Shown: positions 1-8,511 of the stretch, in pieces
Layout of the letters: every line of letters begins with the position of its first letter
Position numbering within the stretch: position 1 is the stretch's first letter
Origin: Bacilli bacterium
Lineage (GTDB): Bacteria; Bacillota_I; Bacilli_A; RFN20; CAG-826
Length of the DNA stretch: 64,000 nt
NCBI GenBank assembly: GCA_017635565.1
Contig: JAGBLE010000010.1
Coordinates: 21,833 to 85,832, forward strand
Direction of reading: 5' to 3'
The notes under the pieces: generated by a model
The model's input: the letters and a program-made list of their open reading frames with translations, nothing else
The model's database searches: none
Told to the model about the DNA's origin: nothing
Translations under genes and position numbers: made by a program

Positions 1-71
1 GATCTGACGAGGCTCGAACTCGCTACCTCATCGTTGCGAACGATGCGCTCTCCCAGGTGAGCTACAGACCC
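1..71 (-). tRNA. tRNA-Ala (anticodon CGC), 3' end cut by the window edge
   Basis: Reverse complement of 1-71 reads GGGTCTG TA GCTC ACCTGGGA GAGC G CATCG TTCGCAA CGATG AGGTA GCGAG TTCGAGC CTCGT CAGATC. This gives a 7-bp acceptor stem with the G3:U70 Ala identity pair, a D arm, an anticodon loop TT-CGC-AA, a 5-nt variable loop and a T arm. The last acceptor base, the discriminator and any CCA lie outside the window. Confidence 0.85.
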
Positions 72-197
72 ATTGCCTAAATAATATAAATAAGATTTGT
101 TTAAAAATCAATTTGATTTGATTTTATGTACGAGTTGCTTTTCCAATCTTTGACGATATTCAGAATAAACATCATTAATATTTGTTAATTGAAAGTA

Positions 198-212
198 GCG
201 ATTGTTAATCGC
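198..212 (-). terminator. weak hairpin just downstream of the last gene of the long minus-strand operon
   Basis: gcgatt-gtt-aatcgc (6-bp stem, 3-nt loop) lies 7 nt after the stop at 219-221. On the minus strand it is followed by TACTTTCAATT, which is only a poor U-tract. Confidence 0.25.
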
Positions 213-218
213 CAAGAA

Positions 219-1439
219 TTAGTCTTTTAAATCTTCAATCATTTTAAGGACAAGGAAGTTCCAACTCTGGAATCCTTTTCCTCTTACTCCTACTCCAGTT
301 TCAGAATCGTAATATTCATGGAATTCACCATTTAATTCAATATCACGTCCTAATAGTAGAATAGTCTTTTTAGCGATATCTTTAGCTAAATCTAAATATC
401 CATATTTTTTTAATCCAAGATAAGTAAAATAATTCGCATTAATCCAAATTGGTCCTAACCAACAAGATGGGTTTCCGGTATCAAAAATGCCAAACATCTT
501 TTCGTTTTTAGCAACTGATCTAATTCCATAATTAGAAAATAAACCATCTTTATTTAAATAACGCTTAATTACCATATCAGCGTTTTCTTTGCTAGCTATT
601 CCATTCCATAAAGGCAATAGACCTGCCCAAGTAGTAATTTTAATTGGTAAGGAGTGCCAAAAACGAGGATGACCTTTATGTAGCCAGACATTGTTATCAA
701 CTTTTCTTAAAGACAAATCAACCGAATAATAAAAACCGTCGACTTTATCAAAACATTCATTATTAATAGCGGCTTTTAATTGATTGGATTTGTCCAAATA
801 CTCTTTTTCGATATCTTTTTTGTTTAGCAAACCAGCAAGTTTAGAAACCGATAATAGTTCTTGATACATCAACGAATTAAGATAAATTGCTCCTGTTGAT
901 TTATCTGGTCGATAAAAGACTGATGGATCGTTATCAAACCCAATTGCAAGATCATCAATCCAATAAAAGAGGCCACTTTCTTCATCTTTTTGATTATTTT
1001 CGTAATAAGAAATGAATTTTAAAAGTTTATCAAAATATGGTTCTAACCATTTAATGTCTTTATAATTTTCAGATATCTCTAAAGCGTGAATCGCTAAACA
1101 AGGTTTATGAATATTACTTTTATAATTCTCATTTAAATCAAATATTGGGCTTGGATAATCTTGAACAAGGATTGGGATTCTTCCTTCTTCATCAATATGT
1201 TCAAGGAAATTTAAAACGCACCCTTTTTGATATTCTTCAATTTCCTTATCTTTAAGCGACATTAAAGCGTATCCAGTGAGCCAGCTATCCCAATCCCAAA
1301 GTTGATGGACATAGCCACTGCCAGGAACTAAGAATTTATGATTCAAATAACCAGGAACTGGTTCTCTAAAATTATTTCTATAATTTTTATAAACATAATC
1401 TTCAATTAAGGAAATATATTTTTTTAATTCTCTGTCCAT
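219..1439 (-). CDS. MGH1/GH63-like (alpha/alpha)6 glycoside hydrolase, cytoplasmic
   Basis: 406-aa ORF with an ATG start. The N-terminal PGSGYVHQLWDWDSW motif and overall helical-repeat character match the GH63 / mannosylglycerate-hydrolase-like family. No signal peptide. Confidence 0.6.
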   Translation of the reverse strand: MDRELKKYISLIEDYVYKNYRNNFREPVPGYLNHKFLVPGSGYVHQLWDWDSWLTGYALMSLKDKEIEEYQKGCVLNFLEHIDEEGRIPILVQDYPSPIFDLNENYKSNIHKPCLAIHALEISENYKDIKWLEPYFDKLLKFISYYENNQKDEESGLFYWIDDLAIGFDNDPSVFYRPDKSTGAIYLNSLMYQELLSVSKLAGLLNKKDIEKEYLDKSNQLKAAINNECFDKVDGFYYSVDLSLRKVDNNVWLHKGHPRFWHSLPIKITTWAGLLPLWNGIASKENADMVIKRYLNKDGLFSNYGIRSVAKNEKMFGIFDTGNPSCWLGPIWINANYFTYLGLKKYGYLDLAKDIAKKTILLLGRDIELNGEFHEYYDSETGVGVRGKGFQSWNFLVLKMIEDLKD

Positions 1440-1448
1440 ATTGTAATT

Positions 1449-2735
1449 TTATTTTAATAGACTCAAATAATATTTTGAATCCTTAAAAATTCCTCCAGAA
1501 CACGAATAAAATTCGTCGTTTAATGTATAGATGTATCGATATGGCTTAACAAAGCTCTTATCTTTTAAAGGATGAGCATCATACATTTTAATGTAATTTG
1601 CGTAATTTTGTTCTCCATTGCTTTCCAAAATGCCAACATTCATCTCTGGGAGTGAATTAATTCTTGAAGCAATGTTTTTATTCCACTCCACTAGAAGTGG
1701 ATTAACAGTTAAATCTGCACAGAAACAAATCACGTTATTTTCATGAGCGGCTTTTAATATTTTTAAAGTCTCACTTAGTGTTTTGGCAATTGGCTTTAAC
1801 GCAAATGCTTTATAGCCCAAAGACAATCTAATCTTAACATCTTTCAAAGAGTGCAAAGATTCATCTGCAACAATTCGTACAGGGAGACTAGAAACATCAA
1901 TTAAGTTGTTTTCTTCAAACGGCTCTTCAAATAAAACAATGTCATTTAAAAATCCATGTTCTTTAGCAAATTCAAGTAGGTTCTCTACTCTTTTTAAAGA
2001 ATCATATTTTCCGTTGGCGTCTAAATAATATAAGATGTGGCCATTTTTAGAATATTTGCTACGATAATTTTTAGCAATCTCGTGGATTTGTAATAATCTT
2101 TTCTTATCCCACTCCACCATCTCTTCTTTATCCATCTTTTTGTTATTATCAAAGCCGATTTTGATTTTAAGTAATGAAGCACCACCATCTAAAATATTCT
2201 TTATATCTTCTTCGCTCACTCCATAAGATATTAAAGGAATGTTGCACAAATATTGTTGTTTAGCTGATAAAGAAGATTGATATTCTTGAGGAACTAAATT
2301 AAAAAGATTTTCTTCTTTTTTGTTTTTACCATATAACTGCCATAAAGCATTATCAACCGCTACTAAAGCATTTCTCACAAACGTTTCTCTAATTTTGTCT
2401 TTAACATTTGTTAATGTCTTTGCGTAATCATAGACGCTTGGAAATATTAAATCCATTAATTCAATCGGGTTATTTCCTTCTTTTCCTACCAACTCATCTA
2501 GGGCGTAACTAGTTAATTCATACATATATTCGTTGCCCTTAGTTTCAGTATTGGAAACAAACACTTCAGCGTCAGACCACAAAACACTTTGTACCCCAAC
2601 ACCCACTCCAAAATTGTTTTCGTCTTCAACACGAACCACAACTTGCCATAATTCAGTCAAAAATCCACCTTTAAAACCAAGTGGAGATTTTAACTTTTCT
2701 GAAACATGTGTAATTTGAGTTCTTTTAATTTTCAT
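1449..2735 (-). CDS. enolase-superfamily enzyme, MLE subgroup (dipeptide-epimerase / racemase-like)
   Basis: 428 aa. Carries the KxK motif (LLKIKIG), metal ligands in YLDANGKY, FEEPF and ADES, and the strand-6 Lys in ALKPIAK. Overlaps the upstream gene by 11 nt. Confidence 0.65.
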   Translation of the reverse strand: MKIKRTQITHVSEKLKSPLGFKGGFLTELWQVVVRVEDENNFGVGVGVQSVLWSDAEVFVSNTETKGNEYMYELTSYALDELVGKEGNNPIELMDLIFPSVYDYAKTLTNVKDKIRETFVRNALVAVDNALWQLYGKNKKEENLFNLVPQEYQSSLSAKQQYLCNIPLISYGVSEEDIKNILDGGASLLKIKIGFDNNKKMDKEEMVEWDKKRLLQIHEIAKNYRSKYSKNGHILYYLDANGKYDSLKRVENLLEFAKEHGFLNDIVLFEEPFEENNLIDVSSLPVRIVADESLHSLKDVKIRLSLGYKAFALKPIAKTLSETLKILKAAHENNVICFCADLTVNPLLVEWNKNIASRINSLPEMNVGILESNGEQNYANYIKMYDAHPLKDKSFVKPYRYIYTLNDEFYSCSGGIFKDSKYYLSLLK

Positions 2736-3750
2736 TTAATATTACTCTCTTCTTTTCTCTTGATGATTGATAGGCCGCTAAAATAATGCGTACAGCTTTA
2801 GCTCCTTCATATTCATCAACAATCGGTTTTCTATTATTAATAATCGAATCAATTAAATCTTCGAATTGTAATTTGTGGTATTCGTATGGAAGAGCAAGGA
2901 AGTTCTTTCCAGTTTCTAATTTTGATTCATTAGAAGTAAGGTCATTTTTAGAATTAACATTCCATTCAATAATTGTATCTTCTTCTAAAACGATTCTTCC
3001 TTTTTCACCAATGAATTCAATTCGGCGTGGATATCCAGGCTTAGAAATAGTGTTACAGTTATAGTAACCAGTTGCTCCATTTTTAAAAGTGAGATTAATT
3101 AAAGCCGAATCTTCAACTTCAATATGGTGCATAACCGTTTCACATTTAGCATCGAGAGAAGCAACATCTCCAACAAGATATTGGATGAGATCAATCCCGT
3201 GAATCCCTTGATTCATAAGAGCGCCTCCTCCATCCATCTTCCAAGTGCCTCTCCATCCACTTGAAGAATAATATTCTTCATCACGATAATAATTCATAAT
3301 ATAGTTAACATTTTTAATGTTGCCTAATTCGTTATTATCGATCGCTTCTTTTATTCTACGAATTGATTCTGTAAATCTAAGTTGTGACACTACTTCAATT
3401 TTTACACCATTTTCTTTGATGACGCGTTGGACTTCTTGAATCTCTTCTTCTTTAATAACCATTGGCTTTTCGACAACGACATTCTTTTTTGCTTTTGCGG
3501 CTTCGATTATATATTGAGCATGTAATCCACTCGGAGTGCAAATATTGACTATGTCCACCATTGGATCGTGAAGGAGTTCTTCCAAAGATGAATAGGCTCT
3601 TGCCTCATTCTCCTTAGCAAAAGAGATGGCTTTAGATTGATTAGCATCAAAAACACCTACTAATTTCGCATTAGTAATATTTTTAATCGCTTCCTTATGT
3701 ATGTTAGCGATTCCACCACAACCAATTAAAGCAAATCCAAAAGTTTTCAT
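2725..3750 (-). CDS. Gfo/Idh/MocA family NAD(P)-dependent oxidoreductase
   Basis: Rossmann loop FALIGCGGIANIH and the EKP motif (VVEKPM). The track start at 3759 is TTG. The ATG at 3750 follows the upstream stop by 1 nt and is preferred. Confidence 0.8.
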   Translation of the reverse strand: MKTFGFALIGCGGIANIHKEAIKNITNAKLVGVFDANQSKAISFAKENEARAYSSLEELLHDPMVDIVNICTPSGLHAQYIIEAAKAKKNVVVEKPMVIKEEEIQEVQRVIKENGVKIEVVSQLRFTESIRRIKEAIDNNELGNIKNVNYIMNYYRDEEYYSSSGWRGTWKMDGGGALMNQGIHGIDLIQYLVGDVASLDAKCETVMHHIEVEDSALINLTFKNGATGYYNCNTISKPGYPRRIEFIGEKGRIVLEEDTIIEWNVNSKNDLTSNESKLETGKNFLALPYEYHKLQFEDLIDSIINNRKPIVDEYEGAKAVRIILAAYQSSREKKRVILNEN

Positions 3751-3751
3751 G

Positions 3752-4753
3752 TTAAGCAATTTTCGATAAGTTATCTAAATTAACTTCAGTTCTCATCTTT
3801 TCATTTCTAGTTAATCTTTCGATTTCTTCACAAACGTGAAGCGCAATTCTCTTCAAGCCATTAGAAACAGTTCCAGCAATATGTGGAGTTAAGATGACAT
3901 TATCTAATGTTCTTAATTCATTCTCTTTTAAAGGAGGTTCTGGATTAGTAACATCAATACACGCAGTAAATCGATTCTTTTTACATTCTTCGATTAAATC
4001 GTGTTCATTGATAATACTGCCACGGGCGGTATTAATTAAAACCGCTCCATCTTTAATCAACTTCAAATTATCTTTATTGAGCATGTTTTCTGTTGCTGGA
4101 ATAGCAGGAGCATGAACAGAAACAACATCACTAGTGGATAATAACTCATTTAATTCCACTTTACGTGCTCCCATTTCTTTAGCGGCTTCTTCACTTAAAT
4201 ATGGGTCATATACCAAAACATCAACATGGAAGTTTTGTAATAATTTAATCATGTGACGACCGACATAACCCGCTGAAATAACGCCAAAAGTAATGTCATA
4301 GAAATCTTTAACAACAGTTTTAATGTTTTCTTGCCACAATCCATTATGCGTATCTCTATTTAAAGAATAGAAACCTTTACAAGCGGAGATTGCAAACCCT
4401 AATGCAGATTCAGCAACGCCTTCTCCAATAGCAACCGCAGAATTAGTGATTCTAATTCTTTTAGCAACGAACTCATCTGAGATGATTGGCTTAATTGAAC
4501 CCGCTCCATGAATAACCGCTTTAAGATTTGGGCAAACATTTAAAACATCATTGTCAATTTTTGGGCTATCCCAACTTGTAACAATAATCGTTGATCCTTT
4601 GACGAAATCTAAATAATATTGGCGATCAGAAAAATCGGTATGGTCATAGATTTTCACCTCGCCACTTTTTCTTAATCGGTCATAATATTTTTCACTGAAA
4701 ACTCTATTTCTAAATTCTTCATTAACTAAAACACAAATTTTTTCCATATTCAT
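3752..4753 (-). CDS. D-isomer-specific 2-hydroxyacid dehydrogenase family protein
   Basis: 333 aa. Nucleotide-binding segment FGVISAGYVGRHM, and a C-terminal LTPHIAG motif typical of the family. The start overlaps the upstream stop (TAATG). Confidence 0.75.
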   Translation of the reverse strand: MNMEKICVLVNEEFRNRVFSEKYYDRLRKSGEVKIYDHTDFSDRQYYLDFVKGSTIIVTSWDSPKIDNDVLNVCPNLKAVIHGAGSIKPIISDEFVAKRIRITNSAVAIGEGVAESALGFAISACKGFYSLNRDTHNGLWQENIKTVVKDFYDITFGVISAGYVGRHMIKLLQNFHVDVLVYDPYLSEEAAKEMGARKVELNELLSTSDVVSVHAPAIPATENMLNKDNLKLIKDGAVLINTARGSIINEHDLIEECKKNRFTACIDVTNPEPPLKENELRTLDNVILTPHIAGTVSNGLKRIALHVCEEIERLTRNEKMRTEVNLDNLSKIA

Positions 4754-5700
4754 TAGTCCTTATAGATTTTAGAGGCCGCTTTCGCGTAGCCTTTTTCAAA
4801 TTCATAGCCATCAAAGCCATCTTTATCAGTTAAATCTGATAATTGATACATTTTATTCAATCCTTCATCACGAGATTTTTTGCCACACATCATCACTAAG
4901 CAGCAATTCACTAAAGTATCAACATCAGCGAGATTGTTTGGCTTTCCATTGAGTTCTTTATATATCTCTCTTAAAAGAGCGACATAAATTTTACTGCTAT
5001 CAATAGCAATTTGATATGAACCCTTGGTTGTTAAGATTGTTAAATGGAATGGTCTCCAGCCACCAATGTAAGTGTGATATGTTGCTGTAATTCCATTTTC
5101 AAATTTGATGGTGTAACTTTCAACTTTATGTCCATCTGGAGCAACACCATATCCATCAAAGCGAGACGCAACCGCTTTTGATTTGGCAAGTTCAGAGAAA
5201 ATTTCAACGATATGAATTGAGTAATTGAATTCATCAACTCCACAAGTTCCAAAGATTGAAACAATATCTCCTCTTTCAGAAACTGGTTTTCTTAGGAAAG
5301 CTTGAATTTCATCAGCGTGACGAGCACTACTAGAACCAATAATATGAGCACCACTATGTGCTAAATCTAATAACCTTTTAGCGTCTTTAAGATTTCCCAC
5401 TACTGGTTTATCAATAAATACTGGTTTATTTGCCTTGATAAATGGAAGAGCTTGATCGATATGCTTTTCCCAGTTACATGATTGGATAAAACCAACATCA
5501 ACTTTGTCCGCCATTTCTTCAATGGATTGTGATTTTCCTTTTAGATTAAATCTTTTGACAAACCAATCAGCTTCATCTTCTCCTCTAAAAGAACATGGAT
5601 AAACATACTCATATTTCATATCCATGCAATATTTCTCGAGTTCTTCGGCAAAGCCGAGTGGATGAGAAACATCTAAACTTACGACTCCAATTTTAATCAT
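4753..5700 (-). CDS. divergent Gfo/Idh/MocA-like protein without a recognisable GxGxxG loop
   Basis: Family-like layout, but the N-terminus reads KIGVVSLDVSHP (no glycine-rich loop) and EKP is replaced by DKP (FIDKPV). The track start at 5709 is GTG, only 2 nt after the GGAG. The ATG at 5700 has AAAGGAGA 10 nt upstream. Confidence 0.5.
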   Translation of the reverse strand: MIKIGVVSLDVSHPLGFAEELEKYCMDMKYEYVYPCSFRGEDEADWFVKRFNLKGKSQSIEEMADKVDVGFIQSCNWEKHIDQALPFIKANKPVFIDKPVVGNLKDAKRLLDLAHSGAHIIGSSSARHADEIQAFLRKPVSERGDIVSIFGTCGVDEFNYSIHIVEIFSELAKSKAVASRFDGYGVAPDGHKVESYTIKFENGITATYHTYIGGWRPFHLTILTTKGSYQIAIDSSKIYVALLREIYKELNGKPNNLADVDTLVNCCLVMMCGKKSRDEGLNKMYQLSDLTDKDGFDGYEFEKGYAKAASKIYKD

Positions 5701-5705
5701 TTTAC

Positions 5706-6845
5706 TCACTTCTCCTTTATTTTGTTCCCTAAAGTAAAAACATCTTTAATTTGATAATTGTTATTCAAAATAACAAAGTCAGCGTCATATCCCTTTTTGA
5801 TATCACCTTTATTAACGTGTAAAAGTTGAGCGATATTATGGCTCATCATTTTAGAAACTTCATTAATGGAATATCCTAAATCAATAACGTTTCTAAAAAG
5901 AATATCACTAGTGGCAATCGAACCTACAAACGCACTTCGATCAGTCATTTTTGCAACTCCATCTTCAACAATGAAATCGATTGCATTCATTGAGCCTTTT
6001 TTAATATCGGTTCCCGCAATTTCTAAAGAATCTGTTGTTAAAATTACTTTATCTACTCCTTTGGTTTTAATGGCGAGATTTAATAATTCTTTTGGTAAAT
6101 GTCTATTATCAGCGATTAATTCGATTGATAATTCATCAAAAGCATAAGCCGATTCAGTTACTCCAAGGACTCTAAAACCATTTTCTCTAACAATTGTTGA
6201 TGTGCACGAATAGAGATGTGTAACTAAATTAGCACCACTCTCAACCGCTTTTTTAACTTCACTATATTTAGCGTCGCTATGACCAATAGAAGCAATAACA
6301 TTATTATTTGTTAAGGCTTTAGTAAACTCCATATCTAAGTCATTTTCAGGAGCGTAGGTCCATCTTTTAATAAATGAAGGAAAATCACTCAATATCTTAA
6401 GATATTCATCTTTAATTGGTTTAGTGATGAAATCAGGATTTTGAGCTCCACATTGTTTTTTTGATAAATATGGACCTTCGAGATGAACACCGATGATATT
6501 AGGGTTATCATTTGAAGCTTCTTTGATGTTTTTTATCGAATTATACATCTCGCCAAAAGAAGCAGTTGTAATCGTTGGAAGTATTGCGGTTGTTCCATGT
6601 TTTAAATGAGTATTACACGCTTCGACGATATCTTTGACGTCACTATTTAAAAATCCACATCCACCTGCTCCGTGAGTGTGAGATTCAATAAATCCTGGTA
6701 AAACAAAATCATGAGAGTAGTCGTAAGTCTCACTAACTTCTAATTCATTATTTGAAACTTCGATGATTTGACCGCCTTCAAAATAAATATAACCATCGTA
6801 AATTCGATCTAATAACACTATTTTGTGACTTTTAATTCTTTTCAT
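5706..6845 (-). CDS. nagA: N-acetylglucosamine-6-phosphate deacetylase
   Basis: Motifs GFIESHTHGAGG, HLEGPYLS, IGHSDA and VTHLYS. ATGA overlap with the upstream gene. Confidence 0.85.
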   Translation of the reverse strand: MKRIKSHKIVLLDRIYDGYIYFEGGQIIEVSNNELEVSETYDYSHDFVLPGFIESHTHGAGGCGFLNSDVKDIVEACNTHLKHGTTAILPTITTASFGEMYNSIKNIKEASNDNPNIIGVHLEGPYLSKKQCGAQNPDFITKPIKDEYLKILSDFPSFIKRWTYAPENDLDMEFTKALTNNNVIASIGHSDAKYSEVKKAVESGANLVTHLYSCTSTIVRENGFRVLGVTESAYAFDELSIELIADNRHLPKELLNLAIKTKGVDKVILTTDSLEIAGTDIKKGSMNAIDFIVEDGVAKMTDRSAFVGSIATSDILFRNVIDLGYSINEVSKMMSHNIAQLLHVNKGDIKKGYDADFVILNNNYQIKDVFTLGNKIKEK

Positions 6846-8440
6846 AATTCTATTAATGAAGCGCTATCGTAATCTAAATACATTGTTGCGTTATCATGCT
6901 TTCTTAAAATTGAGGCGGGGCAAGATTCATTAATCTCACCATATAATGTGTTTTTAACCGCTTCACTTTTATTAGTGGTTGGAACTACACAGAATAAATA
7001 TCTTCCGCTAAACATCGTTGGAATAGTTAAAGTCACCGCATGAGTAGGAACTTTATCAAGGGAAGGAAAACAGCCATCATGAACTTGTTGGTTACGGCAC
7101 ATTTCGTCTAATTCAACAGTCTTAATATCTTCTTTATCATTAAAGTCCGCTACTCCAGGATCATTAAAAGCAATATGTCCATTTTCTCCAATTCCTAAAA
7201 TAACAACATCGACATTATTCTTTAAGAATTTGCCATATTCTTTGACGTCAGTAGTGCCGATAAGATTAACTGACTTGAAATTAACTAATCCAAAGATGTG
7301 TTCATTTAAATAAGCGCTGAATCTTTGTGGGGCGTTTAATTCTAAACCGATATATTCATCCATGTGATAGGCATTGATTCTATTCCAATCAATTGTTTTA
7401 TCTTCTACTAGAGCTTCTAAAACATCGTTTTGACTTGGAGCGGCCGCAAAAACAACATTCAACTCTTCTTTTTGAGCTAATAAGGTCTTTAAACACATTG
7501 AGATGTCTTTAGCAGCATCTTCCCCCATCTTTGCTCTAGTTGGGAACGCTTTCACTAATAATTTATCTTGAATATCAACTTTAAATGATCCTAAAGAATT
7601 TAATATCTCTTTAGTGCTATTTACACCGGCCAAAAAAGCTTCCTGTTGAGTTTTAAATTTATAAGGGTTTTGATATTTAACATTAGTTAATGAATTGAAT
7701 CCATCAAAAGATTCAAGGTGTGGTTCAATCGTAATAAAGAAATCTTTATTTTGGTCTTTTAACGCTAAAGAAAGCACTTCTTTTATGCGAGCTTCCCCTT
7801 TATTAGCGGGGACAATTGCTCCTTCGAATAAAGAATCTTTAATATGAAAATATTCAATATAATCTTTTAAAAGTGGATAGGCTTTAATTGGGTCGCATCC
7901 TTCTAAAACAAAGTTGCCCATATCGAAAACCGCCTTTAATCTTTTTGAGAAATGGGAAAGTAATTTAAAGCAGTTCTTATCAGTATCGCCATAAATTCCT
8001 GCTTCGTTTTCATGACAAAGAGTTAATTGATAAGAGTCTGCTAAATCTAAGAGTTTTTCAAGGCGAATAAAAACTTCTTTTTCGTAAATATCATATTCAA
8101 CATTATAACGGTTATAAAAGCTAAACATTCTGACATATTGACAGTCCAAAATTTTAGCGATTTCAAATATATGTCTAGCGACTTTTAAATGTTCATCAAA
8201 ATCATCAGTGATATCAATTTTCCCAAGCGGAGAACCAATAGAAGAGACTTTTAAATTATTTTCATCTAATCTAGCTTTGATTTCTTTTGCTTTTTCTAAA
8301 GTAATAGATGCAACATTCTCTCCATCAACATTTCGTATTTCTAAATATTTGATTCCTTCTTGTTTTAAGATTTGGATTTGTTCTTGAAACGCTGATGAAT
8401 ATTCATCCGCAAATGCTGAAAGTTTGATTTTGGAATTCAT
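6842..8440 (-). CDS. nagB: fusion protein: xylose-isomerase-like TIM barrel (sugar phosphate isomerase/epimerase family) plus glucosamine-6-phosphate deaminase
   Basis: The N-terminal ~285 aa (nt ~7582-8440) carry LCHENE, HIKD and TIEPH, the metal-ligand pattern of the AP_endonuc_2/xylose-isomerase fold. The C-terminal ~245 aa (6842-7581) carry HMDEYIGL and ILGIGENGHIAFNDPG, which are NagB signatures. It is one uninterrupted ORF. Confidence 0.8.
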   Translation of the reverse strand: MNSKIKLSAFADEYSSAFQEQIQILKQEGIKYLEIRNVDGENVASITLEKAKEIKARLDENNLKVSSIGSPLGKIDITDDFDEHLKVARHIFEIAKILDCQYVRMFSFYNRYNVEYDIYEKEVFIRLEKLLDLADSYQLTLCHENEAGIYGDTDKNCFKLLSHFSKRLKAVFDMGNFVLEGCDPIKAYPLLKDYIEYFHIKDSLFEGAIVPANKGEARIKEVLSLALKDQNKDFFITIEPHLESFDGFNSLTNVKYQNPYKFKTQQEAFLAGVNSTKEILNSLGSFKVDIQDKLLVKAFPTRAKMGEDAAKDISMCLKTLLAQKEELNVVFAAAPSQNDVLEALVEDKTIDWNRINAYHMDEYIGLELNAPQRFSAYLNEHIFGLVNFKSVNLIGTTDVKEYGKFLKNNVDVVILGIGENGHIAFNDPGVADFNDKEDIKTVELDEMCRNQQVHDGCFPSLDKVPTHAVTLTIPTMFSGRYLFCVVPTTNKSEAVKNTLYGEINESCPASILRKHDNATMYLDYDSASLIEL

Positions 8441-8511
8441 AATTATATTATGGTCTATTTTTAATTTAGAAAAAACGATTAGTTTAAAGATATTTTATAA
8501 AAGTATATAAA

